Positions 28,219 to 37,411 of a DNA stretch of 64,000 nucleotides are shown here, piece by piece. The notes beneath the pieces were generated by a model that searched no databases, was not told the origin of the DNA, and worked only from the letters and a program-made list of their open reading frames with translations. Origin of the DNA: a virus (Duplodnaviria > Caudoviricetes); the IMG/VR virus record IMGVR_UViG_2639762749_000010, positions 1-64,000 of that record. The stretch is one strand, 5' to 3'. The first letter of the stretch is position 1. Each line of letters opens with the position of its first letter. Made by a program: the position numbers and the translations under genes.

Positions 28219-28945
28219 GGTCTGTCCCTAATGCTGACTGACTAAAATTTCTGGCCGGTATGCAGTAATAGAGTGAACCCACGGATGCCGTACCATACGT
28301 GAAAATACGTAGCACATACCAAAATCGGCGGGCTAATTGACCATCGGATAATTCTTCGTTCCATTCAAATATTGAGCCTATCGATACGCCTGTCGCGGCG
28401 GCTCTGATAACTAAAAAATCATCGATACCACCATCTTGATCGCCATCAGAATCAACGGCAGTAAATGATTCCCGTTCATCAGGACAGTCCAACACCTTCA
28501 CTTTTTGAGGATCGGTGTATGAAAGTTCTCTTTGATGGTTATTGAACTCAGTGAAAACCGGTATCTCAAGGCCATCGTCATTCGCCTTTGTGGGGGCATC
28601 ATCCCGGGGGCGATATAACAAAGCATCATAACTGTCTGGATCTTCCTCAATCATTTTTATCCAGTCCTGACGAACGAGATCATTGAGGGGCGTGTGCCCT
28701 CTGTATCGGGGGCTCAGGTTTAAGTCTGGCTCTCTTGTGGACAGGTGTTGTGGCAGAACGGCTTGCGCCGCTACGTCCTCATTTTCGACCAACGTCACGG
28801 TAGCGGGGGGCGGTGGCATATCATCTAAATCCACCAGCTCTGCATCCTGCGCTGATATGTGCGTGGTTGGCTGTAGCGGAGTGGAGCCCATTCCTGTGAT
28901 TTCATTGTCTGGCCTCTCATCCAGCCATTCGTCATAGCGGCTCAT
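28205..28945 (-). CDS. 7: Head-tail connector/tail stability protein, P1 gp7
   Basis: GH...N.LVR.DW, DCPDERE.F and WYV.RI..YGT..VGSLYYCIP.R motifs. Confidence 0.8.
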   Translation of the reverse strand: MSRYDEWLDERPDNEITGMGSTPLQPTTHISAQDAELVDLDDMPPPPATVTLVENEDVAAQAVLPQHLSTREPDLNLSPRYRGHTPLNDLVRQDWIKMIEEDPDSYDALLYRPRDDAPTKANDDGLEIPVFTEFNNHQRELSYTDPQKVKVLDCPDERESFTAVDSDGDQDGGIDDFLVIRAAATGVSIGSIFEWNEELSDGQLARRFWYVLRIFTYGTASVGSLYYCIPARNFSQSALGTDHEQR

Positions 28946-30156
28946 GCGTTATTACCCCTAATCTGTTTTTTCATATACTCGTTAAATGCGGCTTCAGCTT
29001 GTTCTTGATCATTTCCTGACATAATGAGCGCATCAATGAAGGATTGTTTTTTCAGATTGAAAGCATCTTTCAGCTGCTGTTTTAACAGTTGTTCCTGGGC
29101 TTTCATTCGGTTGATTTGTTCCTGCTTCTTTTGCAGTTTTAAACGTTGTGAATCAGTAAGCCTTTTCGCTTTCTTCAGCTGTGAGCGTAAGGCATCAATT
29201 TTCTTCGGATCTTGAGTCAGTTTTCTTTCCAGTGCCTCCATGCGTTGTTGATAACGCCGGTATTCACTTTTTATCGCGTTGTGACTGGTTTTGCTTTTCC
29301 GGTTTCTGTTCAGTTGTTTTAGTTGCTCTTTCCCAAAAAACTCAGTTGTCTTTCTCTTATCATCCCCAAAGCTGGTGGTACGGGCATTTTTCTGTAACAG
29401 GCGGCCAACCTGCATTTGCCATGTTCCGGCCTGCATTCTGGTCATCGCATGAATAACGTGTTTACAGGCCACCCCTTTTAAGTTCGGGTTTCTGATTTTG
29501 GGGTAGATGTATTCTTTCGGGGGGCTAACCGCGAAATTCCCCGCTGTAGCAATATAGCGATACCAATAATGATGACGGCCACAATCGCAATCAAATGACA
29601 CTCGGCCAGTACACAACTGACGTACTACACGGGCGGTGTTGTTTTCTTTTTTTGACAGGTCTTCCATCGCGGTATCCCATTCCTCAAAGCGGATCTTCAC
29701 GCGGTGGTGTTTGTCTTCAGACTTGTCAGACGCAGTGACGCTGATAATAGCAACGTTGTGTTCCATACCGATAAATGAAGCTATTTTGATGCCTGATCCA
29801 TCATCAACCGCATTATTTGCCCGCTTGACGTCAATATTGGTGCAATTCGCTATCAGCTGGATATAGGTAATTCCGGCGATGTTAGTATTGAATCCAGACC
29901 GAACTTTTTGTCGGTTTTTTTCAAACGCCTTAAGATCTTCTTTTGTGAAGAACGTCCCGTCGCGCTTCTTTCCCAAGGCAATAACATCATCAAAACTTTT
30001 ATTTTTTAAAAGAGAAGGGGTGAGAAGCCGGGCAACCTTACGGCGGCGTTTGGCCTGCTGGTCGTTAGTGATTTGATTAAATAGCCGGTTAAATTCTTTT
30101 GGCATTAAACCATCAGTATCATACCGACCTGTTTCTGTGCGAGGAAAATTAATCAT
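28942..30156 (-). CDS. 25: P1 gp25-like protein with SWIM zinc finger
   Basis: SFDCDCGRH.YWYRY.AT.GN....PKE..YPKIRNP.L.GVACKHV. Confidence 0.85.
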   Translation of the reverse strand: MINFPRTETGRYDTDGLMPKEFNRLFNQITNDQQAKRRRKVARLLTPSLLKNKSFDDVIALGKKRDGTFFTKEDLKAFEKNRQKVRSGFNTNIAGITYIQLIANCTNIDVKRANNAVDDGSGIKIASFIGMEHNVAIISVTASDKSEDKHHRVKIRFEEWDTAMEDLSKKENNTARVVRQLCTGRVSFDCDCGRHHYWYRYIATAGNFAVSPPKEYIYPKIRNPNLKGVACKHVIHAMTRMQAGTWQMQVGRLLQKNARTTSFGDDKRKTTEFFGKEQLKQLNRNRKSKTSHNAIKSEYRRYQQRMEALERKLTQDPKKIDALRSQLKKAKRLTDSQRLKLQKKQEQINRMKAQEQLLKQQLKDAFNLKKQSFIDALIMSGNDQEQAEAAFNEYMKKQIRGNNA

Positions 30157-30481
30157 TCGTTACCTCCGGCGTGTCAGCATAGTGTCTGATCCTGTCGCGT
30201 ATCCAGGCGGCAGAAGGTAAGGAGAGGTTATCGCCTATCGGCAGGGGCTCTAATTCGCTTTCATGACCGGCCACCAGCCTGACAACCCAACGTAACACGG
30301 AATTTTTATAAACCCGATAGGCCACCAGATCGGCCCTAAATTCCTCATCGGGTTTAATGGTGTATGAGATGTTACTCGCGTGGTCGTATAACTGAGACTG
30401 GGCGATAATTTCGCGGTGTAGATAAGCACGAATGATGGGATCAGTAATACAGCGGTCATCCAGTCGTGAATATTCACTCAT
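30149..30481 (-). CDS. 26: Baseplate protein, P1 gp26 (LysM-like)
   Basis: Y.I.PDE..R.DL.AYRVY....LRWV...LP..AWIR..IR.Y. Confidence 0.85.
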   Translation of the reverse strand: MSEYSRLDDRCITDPIIRAYLHREIIAQSQLYDHASNISYTIKPDEEFRADLVAYRVYKNSVLRWVVRLVAGHESELEPLPIGDNLSLPSAAWIRDRIRHYADTPEVTND

Positions 30482-31131
30482 AAGATCACCGTATTGTTAT
30501 CAATGCGTGTGCCGGTTAATGTTGATGTGGCCGTTTCTTTTTCGGCTTTTTTGTCATAAGCACTGACAATATTAAAAAGCGATGTTAAGCGGGAAGGGGG
30601 CTCATCTACCGCTGCGGATTGCATGGCTTTAATGTACGCATCAGAGGCCACATTGTTGAACATGGTGCTGTAAACAACAAGCAGCATCAGGATATGTTCG
30701 GATGTAAGGGATTCCCAGTCAATACGATAGACAGGCTCACCCGCTGGATTGAATTCAACATCAATAAGGGATGGCGAGATCTCGTATAAGTTTTTTCCCT
30801 TGGGGGGATAAATGATACTGCCTTGCCGTTTCAGCTCATTATAGCGACCGGTTGCAACCACAATAACGGGACGGCCATCATGGTGTTTGTCGCTCAGCCT
30901 GACATTGATGGCCCCGATATGCTGAGCAATTTCGCCGCTGATCTCGTCCACCAACACCTTAAACCCGGCTCTTACCATTTTCGGAACATCTTTTGATAGC
31001 TCGTTCAGCATCGCTTTTCGTTTTGGCGGAAGTATTTTCCGGTCTTCCAAAATCAAATCACCCTCTTTAAAGACAGCACGTACCATAACGGTTTTTTTCA
31101 TTGTGCTGATCACTGCAATTCTCTGAATCAT
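30478..31131 (-). CDS. Conserved P1-like morphogenesis protein (pmg-type)
   Basis: 217 aa, translationally coupled to gene 26; resembles a recalled P1 Pmg protein, but the exact gene name is uncertain. Confidence 0.65.
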   Translation of the reverse strand: MIQRIAVISTMKKTVMVRAVFKEGDLILEDRKILPPKRKAMLNELSKDVPKMVRAGFKVLVDEISGEIAQHIGAINVRLSDKHHDGRPVIVVATGRYNELKRQGSIIYPPKGKNLYEISPSLIDVEFNPAGEPVYRIDWESLTSEHILMLLVVYSTMFNNVASDAYIKAMQSAAVDEPPSRLTSLFNIVSAYDKKAEKETATSTLTGTRIDNNTVIL

Positions 31132-31140
31132 AGTTCTCCC

Positions 31141-31169
31141 AAAAATAAAAAGGCCGCACTGGGCGGCCT
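31141..31169 (-). terminator. Intrinsic terminator immediately upstream of the 217-aa gene
   Basis: AGGCCGC-CCAGT-GCGGCCT followed by TTTTATTTTT on the minus strand. Confidence 0.7.
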
Positions 31170-31480
31170 CTGCTTTCAGGTATCTGGTTTCGCGCTGATA
31201 TCAAAGTTATGCAATCGTCGAAAAAGCTAACCTCACCTTCCAGAACCGCCCTTAAGCGGGAGAAATCGTAGCGCAACGACATGTTCGACAGCAACAAAAA
31301 AACGCATTCCAACTTAAAAATAAAGTCTATTATTCAATATATTAGTGTAATTTACATTATTAACAATAAATGCCCGTTCAACGTTTAATCGTATTAATAT
31401 GGTCTTGAGATATTGATATGAAATTACCCGTGTCGCAAGCGACGGGAAATTCAACCCAAAAAAGATTAACAGGGGGCGTT

Positions 31481-31786
31481 ATGGATACAATTTTAAGAGA
31501 ACCGACGACTGTGGGTGAAATGCTCTCAGAAGAATTTTTAAAGCCACTGAATATTACTCAGGCAAAATTAGGCGAGGCACTTAATCTTTCCCGCCCGCGC
31601 ATTGCTGAAATTATCAATGGAAAACGCCGGATCAGCATCGAAGAGGCTGTAATGTTGGCAGCATTGTTTGAAACGGACTCTGACTTCTGGATTAACGTAC
31701 AAACCAGCCATGATCGCTGGGAAGCGCGGCAGCTGATGGCTCAGAAAACCAGTGTCAAACCTATCACGGCATTATTGGCGAGATGA
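31481..31786 (+). CDS. higA: Orphan HigA/VapI-type antitoxin
   Basis: GEML.EEFLKPL.ITQ..L...L..SR..I.EIINGKR.IS.E.A..LA..F.T..DFW.N.Q; no toxin ORF adjacent. Confidence 0.85.
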   Translation: MDTILREPTTVGEMLSEEFLKPLNITQAKLGEALNLSRPRIAEIINGKRRISIEEAVMLAALFETDSDFWINVQTSHDRWEARQLMAQKTSVKPITALLAR

Positions 31787-31838
31787 CTTCAGCTGCTAAT
31801 GAGGGGGCGCGTAAGTGCCCCCTTGATTAAGTTACTTT

Positions 31839-32582
31839 TCACAAAACTCCATCAATCGACTCTGACGCATTTTCCCGCTTGTATTCAGCCATCTGAACCA
31901 CCAGCGCTAATTTGGCTTTTTCAACAGCCAGTCGCTCTTCCTCTTCAGGAACGCCTATCACGGCATATTGATCAAGTTCAGCAACGCGGACGCAATACGC
32001 CCAGAAAGAAGAATCTTGTTTGATGGCCTCGGCTGTTTGCGGTGAGATAAAGACCACATCATAGGTTTCCATATCCTGTTGAAAATACAGATAGGCGTTG
32101 CGGCCAATCCCTGCCTGCATTAAGCCATTATGTACGATGGCTTCTGTCATACTTTCGGATTGGGTCACACAGAATTCAGGAAGCTTGTGTTGAAAAGCCG
32201 TAGTGAAATTGATGCCGGTTGATGCCCCATTTGATGCAACGCGCCACTGTCCAACCAAATTGCCGTTTACCGTGACGACAGGATCAATAGTCATTGGGTA
32301 CTCCCGCATGATGAAGCGCGTAAACAACTCGTGAGTCATAGGGTTGTAGCAGGAACAGTTATATTGTTTCGCTAATTCTTTTTCACGCGCCAAATCGTGA
32401 TTTTTTGCGATAATCCAGCTTAATCCATTGGGCGCTTTCATCATGGCATCGCCTTCATTGGTCATGCCTTCGAGCTTAGAGCCTGCCAGTAATGCTGTGG
32501 CTATGTTGAGATCGAATGCGGAGTAGGTGCCTTCTTCACTACGATTAAGCGTAAAGTTATCAGCAAGAATATAACCGGTCAT
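31839..32582 (-). CDS. P1-like hypothetical protein (probably PmgT-like)
   Basis: QYNC.CYNP.THE.FTRF motif, recalled from P1-like phages; co-oriented with the dUTPase-like gene. Confidence 0.6.
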   Translation of the reverse strand: MTGYILADNFTLNRSEEGTYSAFDLNIATALLAGSKLEGMTNEGDAMMKAPNGLSWIIAKNHDLAREKELAKQYNCSCYNPMTHELFTRFIMREYPMTIDPVVTVNGNLVGQWRVASNGASTGINFTTAFQHKLPEFCVTQSESMTEAIVHNGLMQAGIGRNAYLYFQQDMETYDVVFISPQTAEAIKQDSSFWAYCVRVAELDQYAVIGVPEEEERLAVEKAKLALVVQMAEYKRENASESIDGVL

Positions 32583-32590
32583 GAAAATCC

Positions 32591-33115
32591 TTATTTATCC
32601 GTTTTTGATTTTGTGTTCTTGCCGTTTTCAGCTGAACTGGTTTCAGTCTCTGCTGCTTTATCCGTATTCACAGAACCAGTTTCGGCACGTTCTGCAAATT
32701 TTTCCTCTGAGACATCCTCAAATGAGGCCCTCGTGACTTCTTCAATTAATCCCTGGGCAACCAACATGCCGTCTTTGACAGTCAGTGGGAATGCACCAGA
32801 TTCAACAATCAATTTAATGATGATTTCATCACGATAATCAGAATCGACAACACCGACGCATTCCGCAGGGCGTGCATGATGTTCCTGTCCAAGGTCTTTA
32901 CGTGCATAAATCTTCATGCAATACCCATCAGGTATCGCAACTTTTATCCCTGTCCGAATGATGTAGGCGAGGTGTGATCTTCCGTCGTCAATTGTGGTAT
33001 ATAACGTGCAATCTACAGCGGTCAGATCGAACCCAGATGCACCTTCAGTGCGATAGGTAGGGATAACGGCCTTGGGGTGTGTGCGGCAGATAATGACAGG
33101 GACATGCTTAGTCAT
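32591..33115 (-). CDS. dut: Trimeric dUTPase-like protein with degenerate motifs
   Basis: Motif I SGFDL and motif III GVVDSDYR are present; motifs II, IV and V are altered or absent. Confidence 0.8.
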   Translation of the reverse strand: MTKHVPVIICRTHPKAVIPTYRTEGASGFDLTAVDCTLYTTIDDGRSHLAYIIRTGIKVAIPDGYCMKIYARKDLGQEHHARPAECVGVVDSDYRDEIIIKLIVESGAFPLTVKDGMLVAQGLIEEVTRASFEDVSEEKFAERAETGSVNTDKAAETETSSAENGKNTKSKTDK

Positions 33116-33657
33116 GAGGGGACTCTCCTATTATGAAACGGCTGAATTCATATTAGAGTTGAGCTTTACTTTAAAAGTAAATTTCTATTTAGAATTTTAT
33201 TTATATGTCTTGTTGTGAACTTAAGAAGTGTGCAATAACCCATCGGTAAGGATTACGGTTGCAATTATGAAAGCGCATTCTATCTTGTTTCGATGATTTA
33301 AATACACAGCCAATAATCGTGATCAAGATCGATCAACAGAGTATCAGGCGTACATTTAGGGTGAGATGAAATCAAAAAAATAGAAAAGCCGATGCTCACG
33401 CATCGGCCTCCTACTAATCGCACAAATCCAACCAAAACAGAGCATTTTTGCTGAATTATGGGATCAGGATACCATTAAAAAGTTGCTCTTTTCCAGAGAT
33501 CTCTTGTCATGTGAATTTAATTTTTTCCTAGTTTAACTGTTTTATTTACATCACCAATAAATCTGCAAAGAAAGAACCTTGACTTTATTTCATATTATTC
33601 CTATTCCTATAATGGAAACTATTATCATAGCTATAAATTATAGAGAGTTTTATTTAT

Positions 33658-34188
33658 ATGATTGATGAAATCGATGTAAAAATAGGAAATAGGATTAGAG
33701 TTAAACGAAAGGAAATAAGGCTATCAGCACAAATTTTGGCTGAACGGATAGGCACGTCTCAACAACAACTATCTAGGTATGAGCGCGGAACTAATAAAAT
33801 TGGCGCAGCTCACCTTGTTCAAATTGCAATTCAATTAGGCACACCAATTGGCTGGTTTTTTTTAGATGTTTATAAACATAAGATTAATAATCCCCTTAAA
33901 TTATCTCTATCACAAGCAAAATTTGCGGCAATAGTAAGTGATTACCCTAATATTGCCGAATTCTGGAATTGGCATAAGCGTGAGATTGATTTAGATTTGT
34001 GGTCAAGAAAAAAGGATTCACTGAGTGTCAGTGAGAAAACATTAGCTAAATTCTTTATATTTGTTTGGACGAGCAAAAATAGCTGTAATTTTGATGTTTC
34101 GGATGCGGCAGTTTTCTTAGGCAAGCAAGAACGACAGTTAATTGCAAACTGGATACTTGAACCTTTTTGGCCTTCATCAGGGCCATAA
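33658..34188 (+). CDS. MrpJ-like XRE HTH fused to an unknown Trp-rich domain
   Basis: IG.RIR.KRKE...LAERIG.SQQQLSRYERG.NKI...L..IA..L.TPI.WFF, followed by a paralog of 18971..19246. Confidence 0.85.
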   Translation: MIDEIDVKIGNRIRVKRKEIRLSAQILAERIGTSQQQLSRYERGTNKIGAAHLVQIAIQLGTPIGWFFLDVYKHKINNPLKLSLSQAKFAAIVSDYPNIAEFWNWHKREIDLDLWSRKKDSLSVSEKTLAKFFIFVWTSKNSCNFDVSDAAVFLGKQERQLIANWILEPFWPSSGP

Positions 34189-34489
34189 TCCGCGTTGTAT
34201 GCAGCCGCTTCATATTTTAAATAGGCCGTGTTTGGTAAAGTCTGTGGGGTGTCTGTTATCTAGATCTCAATCACAATATCCCAAAATAACTACACTTTTC
34301 TTTAATTCATGTTTTTTTTAATAAGAAAAAGAGTAGCTAAAAAATTTTCTATTGGGTAGAATGTTCACACTAACCTACCTTCATGGGTTAGTCGAGGAAT
34401 AGCAGCCTCGTTTAAATCATCTACAAACCACACTGGTAAAGTTTTTTTGTATTTACCAGTGTTCTAAGGCTTGGCCGAGTCAGCTCTCT

Positions 34490-34560
34490 ATGGCGATTTG
34501 GCGGGAATAGATCCGTTTGTAGATGGGATCGACTGCTAAAATTCTCGTTAGATCGCCACC
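34490..34560 (+). ncRNA. C4/CI-like antisense RNA with upstream a1/b1-type targets
   Basis: Stem 34491-34508/34541-34558. Loop GTTTGTAGATG (34515-34525) is the exact complement of 34418-34428, and CTGCTA (34533-34538) complements 34400-34405. Confidence 0.65.
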
Positions 34561-34575
34561 ATCAGGGAGATTTTT

Positions 34576-34920
34576 TTGATGACAGTGCCAAAAGAGTTAT
34601 TCAATCAAGTTGTCCAAACTGAAACCGACGTGAACTTCAATAGAATTAAGGCGTTGGTATTAAATAGATCCTCATCACAAATATGTAAGTTAGTCACTGA
34701 TTCTGTTTCTGTCTGCGATTTAGCTATGGCTCTCGATTATTTTGTCTCTTTACAAAAAAAGAGAGATGCTAAAGATGATTTCGCATCTAAAGAACCAGGC
34801 TTTAATGAAAACTTCGATGACTTTTCAAAGACAATTAAAAATATTCGCCGGGCTCTTTGCGTTCTATCACCCCCTCCAATACCAGAAGAACCAGAAAAAA
34901 AACATCAAACTTTGAATTAA
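34576..34920 (+). CDS. Hypothetical protein downstream of the C4-like RNA
   Basis: 114-aa ORF with GGGAG SD. Confidence 0.55.
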   Translation: MMTVPKELFNQVVQTETDVNFNRIKALVLNRSSSQICKLVTDSVSVCDLAMALDYFVSLQKKRDAKDDFASKEPGFNENFDDFSKTIKNIRRALCVLSPPPIPEEPEKKHQTLN

Positions 34921-35132
34921 AATAATCCCAACTTTTTCTGGATAAATAGTAAGTTATTTATCAGTTTATTTATTTTTATTGCTCTTTAACTTAATTAAAA
35001 TTAGGGATAATAAGCCCCTAATTACTGATTTCTCATCAGGGAATATTATTCACCGTCCATTACTACAATAATATACATCTAACCAACCCATTCCCCCTTC
35101 TCTGGGGGTTTTTTTTAGAAAAATAGTAGAAA

Positions 35133-35411
35133 ATGACCTCACATATTAATAAAAAAATAAATGCGGGCTTGGCAATCAGAGAGCGCTTGGAAGAGTTAGA
35201 TTGGGAATTTGATAATATTTGGAATATTGCCGATCAAATATGCGACATAATTTCATCATCTCAGAATGAGACTGGAGTAGGCATGGAATGTATTTTCATA
35301 CTATTGACTGGATTAGGCGAAAACAATGTGTCAGAAGACATTAAATCTAAACAACAAACTATAGCATCATTAGTACTCAGCCAATTTAGTTCGAATAATT
35401 ATAAGCATTAG
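35133..35411 (+). CDS. Hypothetical protein (low GC)
   Basis: 92-aa ATG ORF after a terminator-like hairpin (35093-35117). Confidence 0.5.
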   Translation: MTSHINKKINAGLAIRERLEELDWEFDNIWNIADQICDIISSSQNETGVGMECIFILLTGLGENNVSEDIKSKQQTIASLVLSQFSSNNYKH

Positions 35412-35533
35412 ATATGCTACCAATCATGCTTTAACAGTGACGTATTCTTCCATAAAAGAAATGGCTAATTTACATCCCCGTTTGCCATTATTAGCTACCC
35501 CATTTTGGCCTCTTAACCGTCCTGAAACCCCGA

Positions 35534-35830
35534 TCAATTACTGTCTTTATCACAGATTTTCTTTGCTTGTTGCTTTCCATCAGGCGTAAGTTTGTATGCT
35601 AGGCGTAATGTTTTGGGATGGCGATATTGATTCAACATGCCTCTCTTAACCAAAGTTTGACAAGATTTGCGATAATTGCTTGCCGCTATCGTGTGTTGGG
35701 TGTTTTTTGCAACCATCTCGAAAAGTGCGGTTGCAGGGACAGGCAAATGATCCTTACCTTGCCGTTCATTAAGCCAGTAGAGTATTTTGAGCGTTTTTTT
35801 CTGAATATCAGAGATACGGTGGTCAGCCAT
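35534..35830 (-). CDS. Winged-helix DNA-binding protein
   Basis: R.S..QK..L.IL...N.R.SC.TLV.RG.L..YR....RLAY.LT.DG wHTH pattern. Confidence 0.7.
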   Translation of the reverse strand: MADHRISDIQKKTLKILYWLNERQGKDHLPVPATALFEMVAKNTQHTIAASNYRKSCQTLVKRGMLNQYRHPKTLRLAYKLTPDGKQQAKKICDKDSN

Positions 35831-35940
35831 GACGATTATCCTTATTCATATCAAGAATGAATAAGGATAATACCAAGAACAATAGAAAACAGCGATAGGT
35901 TATGTCAAAAGTGGTAAAGAAAACCGTTAGAGATTAAATA

Positions 35941-35990
35941 GAGTTATCGGGGTTATTTTTTTGTTGACTCGTGGAGTTATCGGGGTTATT
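35941..35990 (+). promoter_or_regulatory. hicAB promoter with a 17-bp direct-repeat operator pair
   Basis: GAGTTATCGGGGTTATT at 35941-35957 and 35974-35990, flanking a TTGACT -35 element. Confidence 0.7.
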
Positions 35991-36022
35991 ATACTTCCCA
36001 AGTTAAACAGATAGGAGTTAAT

Positions 36023-36202
36023 TTGAGAAGTGCGGATTTAATCAAAGAGGTTGAGAAAAGAGGGTGGGTGCTGGTGAGAATCAACGGGAGCCATCATCAT
36101 TTTAAACACCCTGAACATAACGACCTGCTGACAATTCCACACCCGAAGCAAGAAATTAAAGTGGGATTGCTCAGGAAAATACAGAAACAAGTGGGGCTAT
36201 AA
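36023..36202 (+). CDS. hicA: HicA toxin (below the ORF-track cutoff)
   Basis: TTG start with AGGAG SD; MRSADLIKEVEKRGWVLVRINGSHHHFKHP...TIPHPKQEIKVG. Confidence 0.92.
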   Translation: MRSADLIKEVEKRGWVLVRINGSHHHFKHPEHNDLLTIPHPKQEIKVGLLRKIQKQVGL

Positions 36203-36260
36203 GCCCCCTTATCTGCACCTGCACTAATCAAGTTCTTAAAAATTATTGGAGGAATATAAC

Positions 36261-36680
36261 GTGTTATACCCTATTGCGATTGAAATCGGTGATGAGAATC
36301 ACGCTTACGGTGTGGTTGTGCCCGATATATCAGGCTGTTTCTCTGCGGGTGATTCAATGGAAGAGGCAATAAAAAACGCTAAAGAGGCTATCACAGGGCA
36401 TTTAGAGTTATTGGCCGAAATGAACCAACTCCCCCCTGAAGCAAACTCATTGGATTACTGGATCAAAGACGCAGAGTACGCAGGATGGGCATGGGCTGTG
36501 ATTGAGGTTGATGTGGAACCGTACTTAGGTAAATCGACCAAATTCAATGTAACTTTGCCTGACTTGTTATCAAAAAAAATCGATGATCAGGTTAAAGCCA
36601 GCCCAAACCTGTACAAGAACCGTAGCCACTTTTTGCAAGTAGCTGCTTTGCATGAGTTGCAAAACGGTATTCAGCAATAA
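36261..36680 (+). CDS. hicB: HicB antitoxin
   Basis: YGVVVPDISGCFSAGDS.EEA..NA.EAI..HLE with C-terminal RHH; likely GTG at 36261. Confidence 0.93.
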   Translation: MLYPIAIEIGDENHAYGVVVPDISGCFSAGDSMEEAIKNAKEAITGHLELLAEMNQLPPEANSLDYWIKDAEYAGWAWAVIEVDVEPYLGKSTKFNVTLPDLLSKKIDDQVKASPNLYKNRSHFLQVAALHELQNGIQQ

Positions 36681-36885
36681 CTATCATTTGATAATAGATT
36701 GAGTGCAATCTCTGCACGGATACAACAGGTAAAGACAGGGGGTTCTTCCACTGAACCCCCTTCATATTCAAAACCGTTTACTGTAGGCTCGCCCCCATCC
36801 ACTATCAAATCAAATTGGTCGAGATAACTCAATTTCGCTATTATCTTGTATCCGTATAATTTGTTACGATGCTTAACACATCAGG

Positions 36886-37311
36886 TCACTTGATGATAGA
36901 TTGAGTCCAATCTGCATTTTTGAGATTTTCCCACATCCTGTCGAGCGCTTCTGTTGGTGTTTTTCCTTCGGATATCACAGTAATTTCATGGTCTGGGCGC
37001 TGTTCTTCTCTAATCATTAAAAAACCATCTGGCTCTTCACTAATAACTGGCTTTTCTCTTTTTTCCAGAAATTTCGCCTGCCTCTCTTGCGCCAGCAAAC
37101 AGGCAGAATCATAGTCTTTAGTAACCCCCAAACGAGAGGGACTACTCAAATCCCCCCCATTGAGACAATAGATCGCAATGGAGCCATCTTCCTGCGTTAT
37201 CCCGTAAGGATGATCCCACCAACAATCCAGTTCATGTTTTGATCGTTTGTCGCTCGGCGTATCGTAAAAATGGTGGGGTAATTCGGGATCTAACGGGATT
37301 CGATTAGCCAT
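36886..37311 (-). CDS. Hypothetical protein
   Basis: 141-aa ATG ORF with WWD.PY and CLNGG motifs. Confidence 0.65.
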   Translation of the reverse strand: MANRIPLDPELPHHFYDTPSDKRSKHELDCWWDHPYGITQEDGSIAIYCLNGGDLSSPSRLGVTKDYDSACLLAQERQAKFLEKREKPVISEEPDGFLMIREEQRPDHEITVISEGKTPTEALDRMWENLKNADWTQSIIK

Positions 37312-37411
37312 AATTATGCCTTCTTAACCTATCAACGGTATAACGGTGTCGTATGTGTAAAAAACCGTAGCAAAAATTCGTTCATTATCAATGAGACTTA
37401 CGCAAATAACA

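Noticed and set aside
31828-31837. TAAGTTACTT, matching the P1 late-promoter -22 element
   Set aside because: It lies between convergent gene ends. Candidates upstream of true late genes (GTAAATTAC near 31350 and 42775) were too inconsistent in spacing to call.
33318-33505. GATC cluster as a possible replication origin
   Set aside because: No iterons, consensus DnaA boxes or adjacent rep gene were found.
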